A DNA stretch of 64,000 bases. Source: Harriotta raleighana (lineage: Eukaryota). The DNA is taken from NCBI GenBank assembly GCA_050575255.1, contig JBNZDD010013721.1:4438546-4502545 (forward strand). The letters are read 5' to 3'. Both the position numbers and the translations under genes were made by a program. A model generated the notes under the pieces. That model was given only the letters and a program-made list of their open reading frames with translations. It did not search any database and had not been told where the DNA came from. This document shows positions 1 to 12,329 of this stretch, piece by piece. Every line of letters starts with the position of its first letter. Positions within the stretch are counted from its first letter, which is position 1.

Positions 1-22
1 TGTGTGTGTGTGTGTGTGTGTG
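1..22. repeat. (TG)n microsatellite; others at about 15929-15950 (TG), 20395-20417 (AT) and 49771-49819 (TG-rich)
   Basis: Directly visible dinucleotide runs. Confidence 0.95.
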
Positions 23-1079
23 AGTTCTAACACAGGGTTCCTTCTCCAGTCAGGGAGCGGCAGGTTATAAGAGTCACAAGATCTGCAGTAGCAGAACAAT
101 GCATTGACTGCTGTTGCCTGAAGCTCGCTCACTGCCCAGGAAGCTCTAAGCAGACAGACAGGGCAAGGGCTGGAGCCGAGTTAATAGTCAGACTGCATTT
201 AGCATTCACATCATGAACCGCTAAGTGCATGCCCAAACTGTGCTGCAAATGCAGACGTGACGGATGTCTGGAAAGCCTGTCTGGGGTATGGAGGGAGGGG
301 GAGGACTAGCAAATTTGCTGTCTTTCAGATGCTGGAAATGTAACCATACCGAGGAGGGGAGGACAGTGCTGGGAACACACAATGAACTGGGACTGAACAG
401 CTGTCTCTTGTAACAGGCAGTACTGTCGGGCCTTTTTGTGAGGAAATGAGCTGACATCTAATAACCTGGCAGTGTAGGCAGACAACCCCTAACCTCCGCC
501 CCACAGACACCCACACCTGCCCCACAGAATATATTCCTAGAATTGGCCTGACTGCTGGGGGGAGGGGAAGGAGAAGGGGAGAAAATCAGCCAGTCTTGCT
601 ACTAAACACTGTTCAGAGATCCTTATGTTGAACGTCAGGCAAGCCTACCACTATATCCGAAGAATGTCCACTTGTAGGACGGTATTAAGCTTTGTGGCCA
701 ACTGGTCAGCAAGTGGTTGTTATCCATGGCCAGCTTGACACAAATGGCTTTGCAGAGGAGAGTGGAATACTGATCAGATTTGATCACCTGAACAGTGTTT
801 TTGTGGTGATGAACAGCGCTGAGGTTTCCAACAATAGGGAGAGGTTGCCAGCCTATCCTGTAACCTTTAATTTTTACTGAATGTATATGATCTACCAAAA
901 AGTTCTCCACAGAGACTCAGTCCCTCCTCTCACTCAATGAGGACATTGGTTACGTAATCCAGCTGTGAAGAACTAGTTTTGCCTGGATTCTGAGCAGGCG
1001 GTGGACAGAGGTAACGCATGCAAACCAACATGCTTATACAGGGTCACCAAAATATGCACATAGGCACACACACAATACA

Positions 1080-1300
1080 GCAGGGTAAAGTCAGAGCACT
1101 TAACAGTGGCGGAGCCTGACTCCGAGATGGTTGCGGGGTGGAGGTGGGAAAGAGATGTCTATAAGCACGGCCACCTCTGGGTATTGAACTGGATGCCGAG
1201 ATTGCGCACTGGTTCAGTGAGTCTGAGGGAGAGGAGTTCAGATCTGCAGGAGTATGGCTCCCGTCTTGCCGACATTCGGCTGTAGGAAGTTTGCACTCAT
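1080..1300 (-). mobile_element. L2 LINE remnant with internal deletions
   Basis: Minus strand encodes ANFLQPNVGKT and LTEPVRNLGIQFN (post-RT L2 motifs) joined directly to 3'-end sequence. Confidence 0.7.
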
Positions 1301-1504
1301 TCTACTAGGCAAGCTGATACAACATTGGCAGACATTGGAGTCAATACTGAAAGAGGCAAAGCAGATTTGTATGTAATCCACATACAGTGTCTGTGGATGA
1401 CATCCGCAAGAGGGAACATATAAATGAGGCAGACACTATCTGTACACCTCTGTATATAGCACCCGTGCACACCAATTGAACAGCAATAAATACATTGGCA
1501 CAGC

Positions 1505-1845
1505 AATAATAATAATAATAATAATCCTTGCATTTGAATATAGCGCTTTTCACATCTTATCAACGTCCCAAAGCGCTTCACAGAATATACTGTAAAGTGA
1601 ATTGACTGTATATTTGTGGGCGGAATGCGGCAGCCAATTCGCACAGCAGTGTCCCACAAACAGTCGTGGATTGAAAATGACCAATTTTATCATTGTGGGT
1701 TTTTTTTTTGAGGGATTATTATTAGGCATGTGGAGTAAGGAAACTTGCCCAAGGTTTCGCCCTGATCTGCCTGGACTCGAACACAGGTCTCATGCTTGTA
1801 AGGCATGTAAGGCGAGTGCTCTAACCACTGAGCCACAGGAGCTCC
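1505..1845 (-). mobile_element. Full-length tRNA-derived SINE with Deu-like 3' body and (ATT)n tail
   Basis: Minus strand has A box TGGCTCAGTGG, B box GTTCGAGTCC, body CTGTTTGTGGGACACTGCTGTGCGAATTGGCTGCC, and tail AAGCGCTATATTCAAATGCAAGG(ATT)n. Many homologous copies occur in the window. Confidence 0.88.
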
Positions 1846-2693
1846 ACAATATAGATATATATCCAAAATAAAACTCAAAAGAGCATAGTCTGACTCAAAA
1901 ATGAGCGTTCAGTCACTACACTTTATAGTGAATCCTATGAAGGCTTTTAGATTTCCCCTTACCCCTTGAAAGATGTTGCATGGTTTATTATTATGTAACC
2001 TGGCTGAGTGAAACATGCCTCAGTGTAAACACATAAAGCAGATTTCACCCATGAACATAGTCAATTCACTTTACAGTATATTCCGTGAAGCCCTTTGAGA
2101 CGTCTAGAAGACGTGAAAAGTGCTAAATCAAATGCAAGGATTATTATTATTATAAATGTCACACATACCAGGTCAATGAGAAGGGCCCTCCCTGGCTGGT
2201 GGGACAGGATCCACATTAATCACAGCTAGAGGTAATGGAATGAAGAGCACTTGAGAAGCTATAATAATAGTCAGATATTGTCCGTAGGAGAGAAAAATAA
2301 TAATCCTTACATTGTTCTAAAGTACAAGGTTAAAACGTCTCAAAATGCTCAACAGGGAAATACTGTCACGTGTAGCGACTGTTTTCAGAGGCGAAAAGTG
2401 AAGCACGTTTAACCAAGTCTCTGTGATCGAAAAAGAGCAGCTGCTAATCAGCGTTGTATTTAATTAGCAGGCGAGCGCTCCATTTCTCACCAGTGATTTG
2501 TCCTCAGGGACACTTGATGGAGGTTTGATAGTTTATGGGGCGGTTGGAGAACTGAATGCCACAGAAGGCCATAACAATTGAATTTAGCTTAATCCACCTT
2601 CTCCCCCCGAATATTAAACACAATGTTGCTGGCATCAGTAAGGAGAGGGGTAGGGGAAGAGAGGAAGGCGAGAACGCAAAAGAGGGGTGGGAG

Positions 2694-3290
2694 AACAACA
2701 ACAAAATTACACTTGTATAGTGCCTTTCACATCAGGAGGACTTCCCAAGGTGCTGGTCAAGTCATTGTTTCAGCCCCAAGCTCGGGTCGGAGATTGGAAG
2801 GAAAAGGGGGGGATTTGGGGGTGACTGATAAGACTATCAAAGAGGAGGTCTTGAGGGCGGGACTTGAGGAGGCTAGGGAGGGGGTGAAGCGAAGGGACTG
2901 CGGGATGGCGTTCCAGAGGTTAAGGGCAGAGTAGCTGAAGGCTTGCCCGCCACTGGTGGAGTGGGTGGGTCGGGGTTCATGGAGCAAACAAAAGCCTGCT
3001 GAGTGGAGGAGGTGGGCAGGTTGGTAGGGGTTTGAGAAGTCGCAGACGTAGGGTGACGCGAGGCCATGGGTGGCTTTGAATGTGAGAACCAGGATCTTGA
3101 ATTGAATCCTCTGGGTGATGTGGAGCCAATGGAGTCAGGCGAGGATGGGGATCACGAAGCTTTGGAGCAGTAGAGGACAAGGGTCGAGTTCTGGATTATC
3201 TGTAGCCTACGGAGGGAGAAATTGGGAAGGCTGACAAGCATTGGCTTAGTCAAACCTGGATGTGATGGAGGCATGAATGAGAGAAAAGAG
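2694..3290 (-). mobile_element. L2 LINE 3' fragment
   Basis: GGQAFSYSALNLWNAIPQSLR motif, a (TTG)n tail at about 2694-2703, and frameshifts. Confidence 0.85.
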
Positions 3291-3303
3291 ATGGAAAGAA
3301 ATA

Positions 3304-4040
3304 CAGTAAAACCTTGTTTATCCGGCACCCAAGGGACCTGGCCAGTGGCGGTTAAATCGTTTTTCCGGTTGAACGGATTTAAACAACAACAATTTTTTTT
3401 AAAAAAAAAATATTTTAACACATACCATATTAATAATGGACTAAATAACAACAGAATATTGTTTTAGTACTTTTATTTAACTTTGCAATCGCAGCCCTCA
3501 CCCTAACTATTTTAGGTCAAATCAACCAATGTAGCAACTTCTGTGTTGTGATGCTTAGACAAGCATCACTATGCGTGAGTTTCCATTAACAAGATAAAAA
3601 CTAACGCGATTTTTTCTCTCTCTCTCTCTCTGTGGTCTCTCTCTCTGTGGATGTGTATGTGTGTGTCTCTCTCTCTGTCTAGGTGTGTGTCTGTCTCTGT
3701 CTGTATGTGTGAGTCTGTCTGTGTGTCTCTCTCTCCCCCTCTTTCTCTCTCTCTCTCTATGTCTCTGTATGTGTGTCTATCTGTGTGTGGGTGTCCCTCT
3801 ATCTGTGTGTCCCTCTATCACCTGTAAAAATTGCTGCTGCTCCAGGGCTCTGAGCGTCTCACCAGTTTAGATACGCCTAGTGGCCAACCGCGAGTACTGC
3901 ATTGTCTTGGAAAAGTCCATTCATTAAACGCAGTCACAATTAGCCGGATAACTTACGGTTAATTGAATCGGGACTTTTTTTGAGGTGGCGTTTGAACGGG
4001 TTTTCTGGTTCATCGAGTCACAGATAAACGAGGTTTACTG
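3304..4040 (+). mobile_element. Non-autonomous Tc1/mariner (Tigger/pogo-like) MITE, complete, internal CT/GT microsatellite
   Basis: TA|CAGTAAAACCTTGTTTATCCG ... GATAAACGAGGTTTACTG|TA: terminal inverted repeats with TA duplication, no transposase ORF. Confidence 0.88.
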
Positions 4041-6044
4041 TACTTCTGTTGCGATTAAAGTCTTGATAACTCCACCCTGGCTTAACTTGTCACCACCACT
4101 TAAATAATCATCATGTCAATATCAATATCAGCATTGATTTATTTATTTATACATAACTGACCTCCTGATAACTCATCTCTTCGAGAGGAAAGGGATCAGT
4201 TATGAGTTATCAGGAGGTTACTATATTTCTAGGGTTCTACGGAAAGAAGGAGCATCAAATGTCACTGATTAGTATTAGAAAGAGACAAGTTGATTAAAAT
4301 CAAAATTTGTATTCTGTCTGCACTGCAAGCAACTTTAATAATCTTCCCTTAATCCACACAACAGGTGTAAGCACATGACCTAGTCTAGATACCTAGTCTG
4401 ATTGTAATTCAGGATTCCTGTGACCAGACGATGTGTCAAGCTGGTTTGTTCTGATACCTTTCATACCTTGAACAGTGCTGATGCTATCATAATCGTTGAC
4501 GTCAGTCATTCAGCGTACCAACTATCTGTAGACAAACGCAGTTGCCAGTATGCATACAGCAATTTCCCCGAAACAGTCTCACTCAAAGCTCGGCACCCGC
4601 ACTGCACCACTAGCTTCAAAAATGAGACCAAAGTAACCTACAACTGGGTGCAAGAATGGTACCAAATAAACCTGGCTGCAGAAAAGGAGCCACAATACAA
4701 GCTGCATTCATCCAGTAACATGAGGTTTGGTCAGATTTGTCAATGTTGGCATTGGGGTTAAAGGCAGACATTCCCACAGACTCCCCACAAATATATCTAG
4801 AGCCCTGGGCTTCTCATAAATGAAAGAAAATATGAAACAAAATTTTTAATTTTTTAAAACTATACCCCACTTAAATAAGAACAGGGAAGAAGGACACCTA
4901 AATACCATTTATCCATTCAGAGTTATCCAAAACCCATCAGAAATGGTGAAAGCTAGAAATACAGCTCTCTCATGGCAAGACCTACAATCAGTCTCCCCCT
5001 AAACAATACAGTGCGAGCAGACTGGAGCGCCACAGATGTCTGGCTGGTGCCTGGATTATGCAGGTATTAAAACCTCAAACTGTCTGAATTTTATGAAAAT
5101 TTAATGTGGTTTAACAATTGGCTAGGCAGTGGCAGCTTATTCACATTCCAATGTTGTCTCGCCTGTGAGTCACTTTTGGCCTGGCTACAGCTTAAATATC
5201 GGGAGCTTTCGGAGCACAGCTCGGACAATCACCGACCCACTTGCAGGAGCAGCCGAGGCTCTGACATTTTGATTTTCTCTTAATATACTATAATAAATAT
5301 ACAATTTGCTCTTAGTAAAACAACTCATTCATTCATTCACCAGACCAGATTAATTCTCCCATCATCCTGGTCAATAAACTCCAGTTTAAAAAAAATTCTG
5401 TCCCTTCATGGCTGTTGTAGGACATTGCTGTGAACATCTGTTTGCCTACAAAGTCACTACACAAAAAAAGTTTCAAGACGTCCCACTGTAATACAACCAC
5501 AACTTGCATTTATATAGCAATCTTCACTTGATGTCAGAGTGCTTAACAGCTGTGTGGCTTGATGCCACGCAGGAAAGATAAGAGGGATTGAGGCCAGGCA
5601 TTCTAGAGATTTGGGGCATAGTGGCTAGGAACATGGGCACCAATTGTGTAGCAGGGGGGACACAAGAAATCGTGAGCCAGCTGAGTGAAGGTAGTGGGTA
5701 CAGTGCGGTGAGGGTGTAGTATATCAAATCCAAGGAAAATTAGTAACAACTCAAGAACTCTGCAATGCAAGATTTAAGGCTTGTGATTTTTTTTCCCTCC
5801 GTCAGCCTCCTTTATTCACCTGACGGAACGGCGCTCCCAATGTGAAAGGCGCTCTTTCCCTCCTGCAATGGGTCCATGGCTTCCTGACTGCTGTTTTCAT
5901 TTTGTAACTGATAGTTGTGGATCCTACAGATCTGTCACTATGGGATGTCCTCCTCTGACCAGCAGCAGTCTTTCCTCTCCTCCCACACTACAGTCACATG
6001 TATTCTGCATAATTCACTTCAGTGGCCAGGCCTAAAATCTAACT

Positions 6045-6360
6045 AACAACAACAACAACAACAAAATTACATTTATAGAGCGCGTTTCACGTCAGGAGGA
6101 CGTCCCAAGGCGCTGGACAGATGATTTAAGACCCGAGCAGGGGGAAATGTTCAGGGCGAGGGGGGAGGGGGAGGGTGGGAGCAAGGAGGAGGTAGAGAGT
6201 CGAGAGGGGAGCTGAAGGCACGGTCGAAGAGAAAGGTCTTGAGACCGGCCTTGAAAGAGGAAAGGGAGGGAGCGAGGCGAAGGCACTGGGGGATGGAGTT
6301 CCAGAGCCTGGGGGCTGAGCAGCTGAAAGCCCGGCCGCCAATGGTAGGACGGTTAGGGCA
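6045..6360 (-). mobile_element. L2 LINE 3' end
   Basis: (AAC)n tail on the plus strand, CTGGAACTCCATCCCC LWNS-type motif on the minus strand; homologous to the 2694 and 18170 copies. Confidence 0.8.
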
Positions 6361-6811
6361 GGGAATGAACTAAATTAGGAGGAAGGAATAATTGTGGGTT
6401 TCACAAACATGGGCAAGTGATTTGGTGATAAATATAAAGCGATTAGTGCAATACAACAACAAAATTACATTTATAACGCTTTTCACGTTGGAAGGACGTC
6501 CCAAGGAGCTGAAATAATGGGAATATTTGGATCCAACTGTGCATGGGGTGCAGTCAGGAGGAAAGGGCACAGCTTTCAGGTTAATTTGACATCTCACCCG
6601 TAGTGCATTACCTAACTGAGTGGAACCCATTCACACCCCATACGATTATTCACTGACAAACAATAGTGAAGTCAGTCAGTCCACCTTACAGTAAACTCTG
6701 TAAAGTGCTTTCACACAAAGGTGCTGAACCAAATAATATTTCTTGCATTTGATATAGCGCTTTTCATGTCTTCTAGACATCTCAAGTGCTTCAAAGAATT
6801 TACAGTGAAGT

Positions 6812-6903
6812 GAAATCGCTGGGAACATTCAGCAGGTCAGGCAGCATCTATGGAGAAAGGAAAGTGAGTCAACGTTTCGGGTCCACGACCCTTCTTTAGG
6901 ACA
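6812..6903 (-). mobile_element. Penelope-like terminal-repeat relic with a minimal hammerhead-like motif; partial second copy at about 57660-57704
   Basis: CAGCAGGTCAGGCAGCATCTATGGAGA...AACGTTTCGGGTC resembles a common chondrichthyan repeat (recalled). Minus strand reads CTAAAGAA GGGTC GTG GACCC GAAACGTT. Confidence 0.6.
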
Positions 6904-9900
6904 GTTAATTAATTTTATACTTGTGGGTGATTATTAATAATAGTAGTAATATTAATGAACTCATCTCGAAGTTGGGCATAGAATAGGATCAGTCAGAAAT
7001 AAAATATCAACGCATAGGGCAACAGCAGCTAAGCAGTGTTAAACTGTTCCCATTACAGCGATGGAAACCAGAAAGCCTGTTCTTAAAAACACCAGTGGTC
7101 AGAGAGGACCCAATACAGCAGAACATCCGTGTAGATGTAGAAATCCAGGCTACCTCTAACCTATTCTCCATTCTGCCCAATACACACACACCCTTTCCCG
7201 TAAAGAGGTCAATTATCCTGCTCCAATGTGTCTCAAATGCGATCGTGAGCTCAAGTTCAAATATTGGGCTTGATCGCATTTCCTTTGACTCAGAAGTGAG
7301 TGTGTCAGGCTGACACATACCAGGCAATGCTGTGAGTTATGGAGACGAGAGATTAACATGGTCATTTTTGATGGCAGTTGTGTTGCCATAATTAATAGAA
7401 TTCCAACATTTAAATTGTTCCCACTCTCTCGCACCAAACCTATTGAGACTCACACACCCTGGGAGTGTGGGCATAAGAGATTGCTCGAGAGTATGTTTGT
7501 GTGAGAGTTTATGTTAAGAGAGTGTGTGTATGTATGAGAGAGTGCATGTGATTGTGTAAGAGAGTGCATGTGAAAGAGTGCATGCAAGCAAGTGTATCTT
7601 GCACGTTCGCTGAGGGTAAATAAGCAAGATGGGAAGACAGAATTAGTGGGAAAGGGATTTACAGAGAGCAGTGAGATAGCACATATTGTCACATCGAAAT
7701 GTGCATTAAACCAAGTGTAAAAGGAAATAAAATACTGGCCTCTATTCTCCACTAGGGAGCTCCGACCTGAACAAGTGCAAATCAATTAACTGTGGTTTTA
7801 CTCAGTATCCAGAGACTTGGAGCTCCTGGGGAGCTGCAACACCACAGACTGTGGGAGTCAGCTGGCTGGCAAGGTGAATTCATTAATCAGCAAACAATGA
7901 TTATTTTCACTTGTTTGCAGCATTAAAGGGTCACACACATTCACACCTGGACTTTCCTTTCCCTCTCAGCTTCCCCCACTATGGAATAAACAGAACACCC
8001 CACTTCCCCTTGCATACTCACAGTACTTCATACAAATCTTATACAGCATACAGTGTATAAAAAATTCAGCACAGTATCACACAGAATACTATCTACCCCA
8101 CCACCACAGAGTACATAACATCTCAATCCCACAAAGCATATAACACCCCACAGACAGTATATAACATATCCCCCAGAGAACATCAGCCCCCACTCCTCCA
8201 CATTCAGGACGTCTCACATACACCCCTCTTTGCAGAGATGGACTGTCTTTAACTAGCATCCTGTAACAAACTATGTTTGTTGCTTCTGGTTATTGATGGC
8301 TAAATCGAGCAGCACACAAGTGGCAGGACAGCCGTGTGTTGGCTTTGCCTCCTGAGCTCCAATTAGCAGGAGCAGCACGACAGAACCTCTGGACGGTTAA
8401 CGGCGAGAGAAAGTAGGTCAGGAAACGTTTGTTACACAATGACTGCATAGCCTCTCAGCCGCACATGTGGGGTCCACTCATTAACCAGCAGCACAATCCA
8501 GCACTAGGAGAGAGAGCGCTGCCCACGCTGAGACCACACAACACAGAGCTCATGGTGGGAACCTTCAACAGTAAGGCCAGTCTCCAGGTGGAATGGAGAT
8601 TACAAAGTAACTGGACAGAGCCATGCTGCTGTTCATTAGTGCACAGCAAGCGATCACAGGCACTGAACAATTATAACCGTTCACTACAAGGATAGCAGTC
8701 TAGGCTACACACATATACAGCAACAAAGGATTCTCTATTTAGAAAGGAGACCAATGTGCAGAAGTTCAGGATCTGTCATATTACAAAGCTCCCAAGCTAG
8801 GATCTACGGGGGGGTGGGGGGGGAGAAACGGTGAAAAGTGTCAGTCTTCTAGTACAGGCAACATTTAACACCTCACTTCCATTTCCGCACAGCCACTGAC
8901 TACCAGCTGGGGAGGCAAGGTTGAATGAGGGCCTGGATTCTCTGTTCTGCGGCCAGCTTCTGCCAGCCCTAGGACAGTTTAGCCAGGAACCAGATCATCA
9001 AACCCTGAATCTAAGTAATGACAGAAAACACCCATGATACATGGGGGTCAGCCAAAAGGGGAGGTGGAGGGTCTGTGAAGGGGAAATGGCTGACAGCTAT
9101 ACTCTTAACTTGAAAATGAATTCCAAGAGTAAAATAAATAATGAATAATCCTGACATTTGACTCACATAAGGAAAACTCAAAGCACGTCACTATATAGTT
9201 TTTGTATTAAATTGTTTTAAAAATATGGAATGACGTCCCAAGGAGCTAGACATTCGACAATGTAGCAAACCGTCGGCATCGACTTGCACATCACCTATAT
9301 TATAAACTTAATCTTTCCACTGGGTTAACTGAAACATTCTACTCGATATAACACAAATGGATTTGAACAGCTTGAAAAGAGCGGCCAATATCTGTGACAA
9401 GCATGAATGGGGTCCCAGAGCAAACAGCCGAGGGAGTCCAGTCCCAGTTTAACCCAGTTCCTGGATATTGCCTCACTTGCGAGGCCGCTGTTACAGTAGG
9501 ATAGAAACAGTCAGATTGTGTACACAGTGGTTCCTAAACGTCTTTAAATTCCTAGTTGTTGTTCCCAGAGATTTTCCTGTCTATAAGGGAGCAAAGTCTG
9601 AAAAGTGGCTTAGGTAATAGGTTAAAACAGATAAGTGTGACCTTGGACCTGAAGCTGCCCTGAGTATGCTGTGGTTGTGAATGAAGAAAGTGAAGGCATT
9701 ACAAGCAGGAGAGCACAAAGGGCACAGTGTGTTATTATAAGAATTTTGCACATCAAAGGGTCACAGTGACAGTCACAAGGCTTATTTGACACTACATTGT
9801 GGGGTGTGGGCAGCAATCATACATCAGCCAAAAGCCATCTGTGTGATACTCTTCATCACCTAAAACTCTGCTCGCATCCAGCCCAAGTGTGAGATAGCCA

Positions 9901-12329
9901 ACTCAGCTAAATAGAAGACACCAATTATGTCAGAGAGATGGATAGATTGTTCAGGAATAAGTAATATTGAGCTACTTGCTGGGAAGGTGGGACATACTAT
10001 GTGGGCCGTTGAGAGCAGGACTGATAATTAATTTTTAAAATAAAACCCATACTTGACACTGCGCCTTTTACATGTGGACATCTCAATGCACATCTCAAGA
10101 TTTACTGTGAAGTTCAGTGACTGTGTTGTAAGCAAATGCAGCAGCCAACTTGCACACCACACTTTTCCACAAACAGCCATGAGGTGAACGACCAATATTA
10201 TTTGATGGACTGAGAGACCTCTTCTGTTCCTGGATTCGCACAAACTCGACTCCAAATTAACATCAAAACCCCCATAGTTGCCAGGGAGTGACAGAGGATA
10301 GAAATAGCTCAGTGACCAAGGAGGAAGCTGGAGTCATTTCCTGCTTTCCCAGGAGTGTTGAACCCCAATGAGCGCAGCTAGTTCAGCACAGACCAGAAAC
10401 GTGATACGTATGGGTTGGTTGCACACTGGTTTCATCAACTGAGCCATTACAGGAATTCAATCTCTGAGCTCACTTGATTTAAGCCTATGATTGAATCACA
10501 GTTACACTGCAGCAGTTAAGAAATGTTGAGAGATTTATTTGACTGGGAGTTACAGAATAGCATAAACGCATCACAAAATGACTGAAGGCTAATATTTTCC
10601 CAATACGTGGGAGACTGGCTCCCAGGATAGATGTTCGGATCAGAGTCAAGTTATTTGAGCTGAATTTCCTTCACTGGGTGGATTAAAGCAAATCTTTAAA
10701 GTCAACAGAGACCCTCCCACCAAGCACACAATCAGGTGTGTTGTGATTCAGAATATACTGAGATTTTAAAATAGTTTTAGCCGTCCAGTCAGCGTCTAGC
10801 AGACCATGGCTGCTGGGAAGAATGCGGAGGCCCCAATTTACTGGATTTGATATACACTCTTGCTAACATCCAACTCCCTTCAGATCCACACTTCCTTGAC
10901 ACCCTCCACTACATTACTGATAATAATAATCTTTGCATTTGATGTAGCACCAGATAATGTATTCGAGATGTTTGAAAGAGCTTCACAGAATATATTATAA
11001 AGTGAATCGACTATATAGTGTAGGCCATACACGGTAGCCAATTATGCAGAGCAGTATCCCACAAACAGTTGTAAATTGAGTTTTTTTTTAAACTGATCCG
11101 CACAATTCCCTCCTTCATATTACAAATCAGTAACCACCCTGCCACCCACCACTGACATTGATTTTCATGTTTTGATGGTGGGAGACGGCAGTTGGGGGAA
11201 ATCAATGGGGAGTAAATGGGAAATTAGTCTGACCTAGTGTGAGACACAGCTGACTAACACTGGACTGGTTTTCTGTCAATACAAATTTACATACTTTCAA
11301 GTCAGGAGGACATCCTGAAGCTGTCAAACAGTAGTGGCTAGGCACCTAAGATGGGGTTGAAGGTTAGGATTGAGGAGAGTGTGGACCTGGGTACAAACTG
11401 CTGTTTTAATAGACAGACTGCACGGATGGCTGCTGGTCACATGAAAACCAGTCAGTCGTGCCCCTCCACCCCCAAAATACCTCCCACCACCACCTGCAGA
11501 GCATCACTCCATCTCACACAAAGTGTCAAAACACGAAGCACTCCCTCACTACACATGAAAATTTCAGGAAAGTTTACGAGATCAGAATAATGAAAACGTC
11601 AACCCCTTGCACAGGTGGGTAGTTGGGTGGAGAGGAGCCAAGTATCGACTATGTTCACTGCCAGAGTCTGCAATGCGTAACCAGACACAAAAGGCTTGTT
11701 CTTTTTACTCAGTGAGCTGAGTGTATTAACTTGGGCAGCATCAAGTTGCAGTCTCTCTCTGTGACAGACGGCTGCTCCATATGCAGATGTGAGTAACAGA
11801 TCACTTTTGACCTACATTTGTCACTTGTGCTGTTGCTGCTATAGAGGCCTCTTTACAAACTGAGATACTAAACACCCTCCACTTCCACACACTCTCAGGA
11901 TAATACCCTAAAAGGAAAATGAAAGGCCACTCATATCTGCAGATTTACACGATACATTTACCTCTGATAAAACAAGCACATTTTGGCTGAAAATGTTCCT
12001 GCTCCTTTTTTCCACCATCATCTATTTCCACTTTGTCCTTCTATCCCAACGCCCTCCTCGCCTTCTCTCTCCCCTGGACTCCACAATTACTTCCTTCTGC
12101 TCCCTCCCAGATATCCTCTGCCCATCATGGCTCCCGGCATCGGTTGTTCCAGAGCAACTGTCCCCATCGACTACTCTTTCTGCACCAACCATCCACAAAG
12201 TGCAAACACCCCTTCCCCTCCCTCATCCATACCTTCCCCAACTCTTTCTGCTCCTCAAACTTCAGTTATTTCTCCTCCACAACCCTATGAGCACATTGAT
12301 ATTCTTGGGCTTTAAGCAGCTCCGCCTGT

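Noticed and set aside
635-910. Protein-looking ORFs on both strands (91 aa and 62 aa)
   Set aside because: No family motif recognised, non-ATG starts and no convincing splice sites. A blastx search would settle it.
1773-1845. tRNA gene (A and B boxes)
   Set aside because: It is the head of a SINE, continuous with the SINE body and tail, and has an internal duplication in the anticodon region.
7749-7763. CTCF-like CCACTAGGGAGCTCC
   Set aside because: Two mismatches in the core; too weak without binding data.
10215-10256. Minus-strand VEFVRIQ as possible PMEPA1 exon 2
   Set aside because: It lacks the hydrophobic IIIIVVVMMVMVVVITC segment and a proper acceptor; chance similarity.
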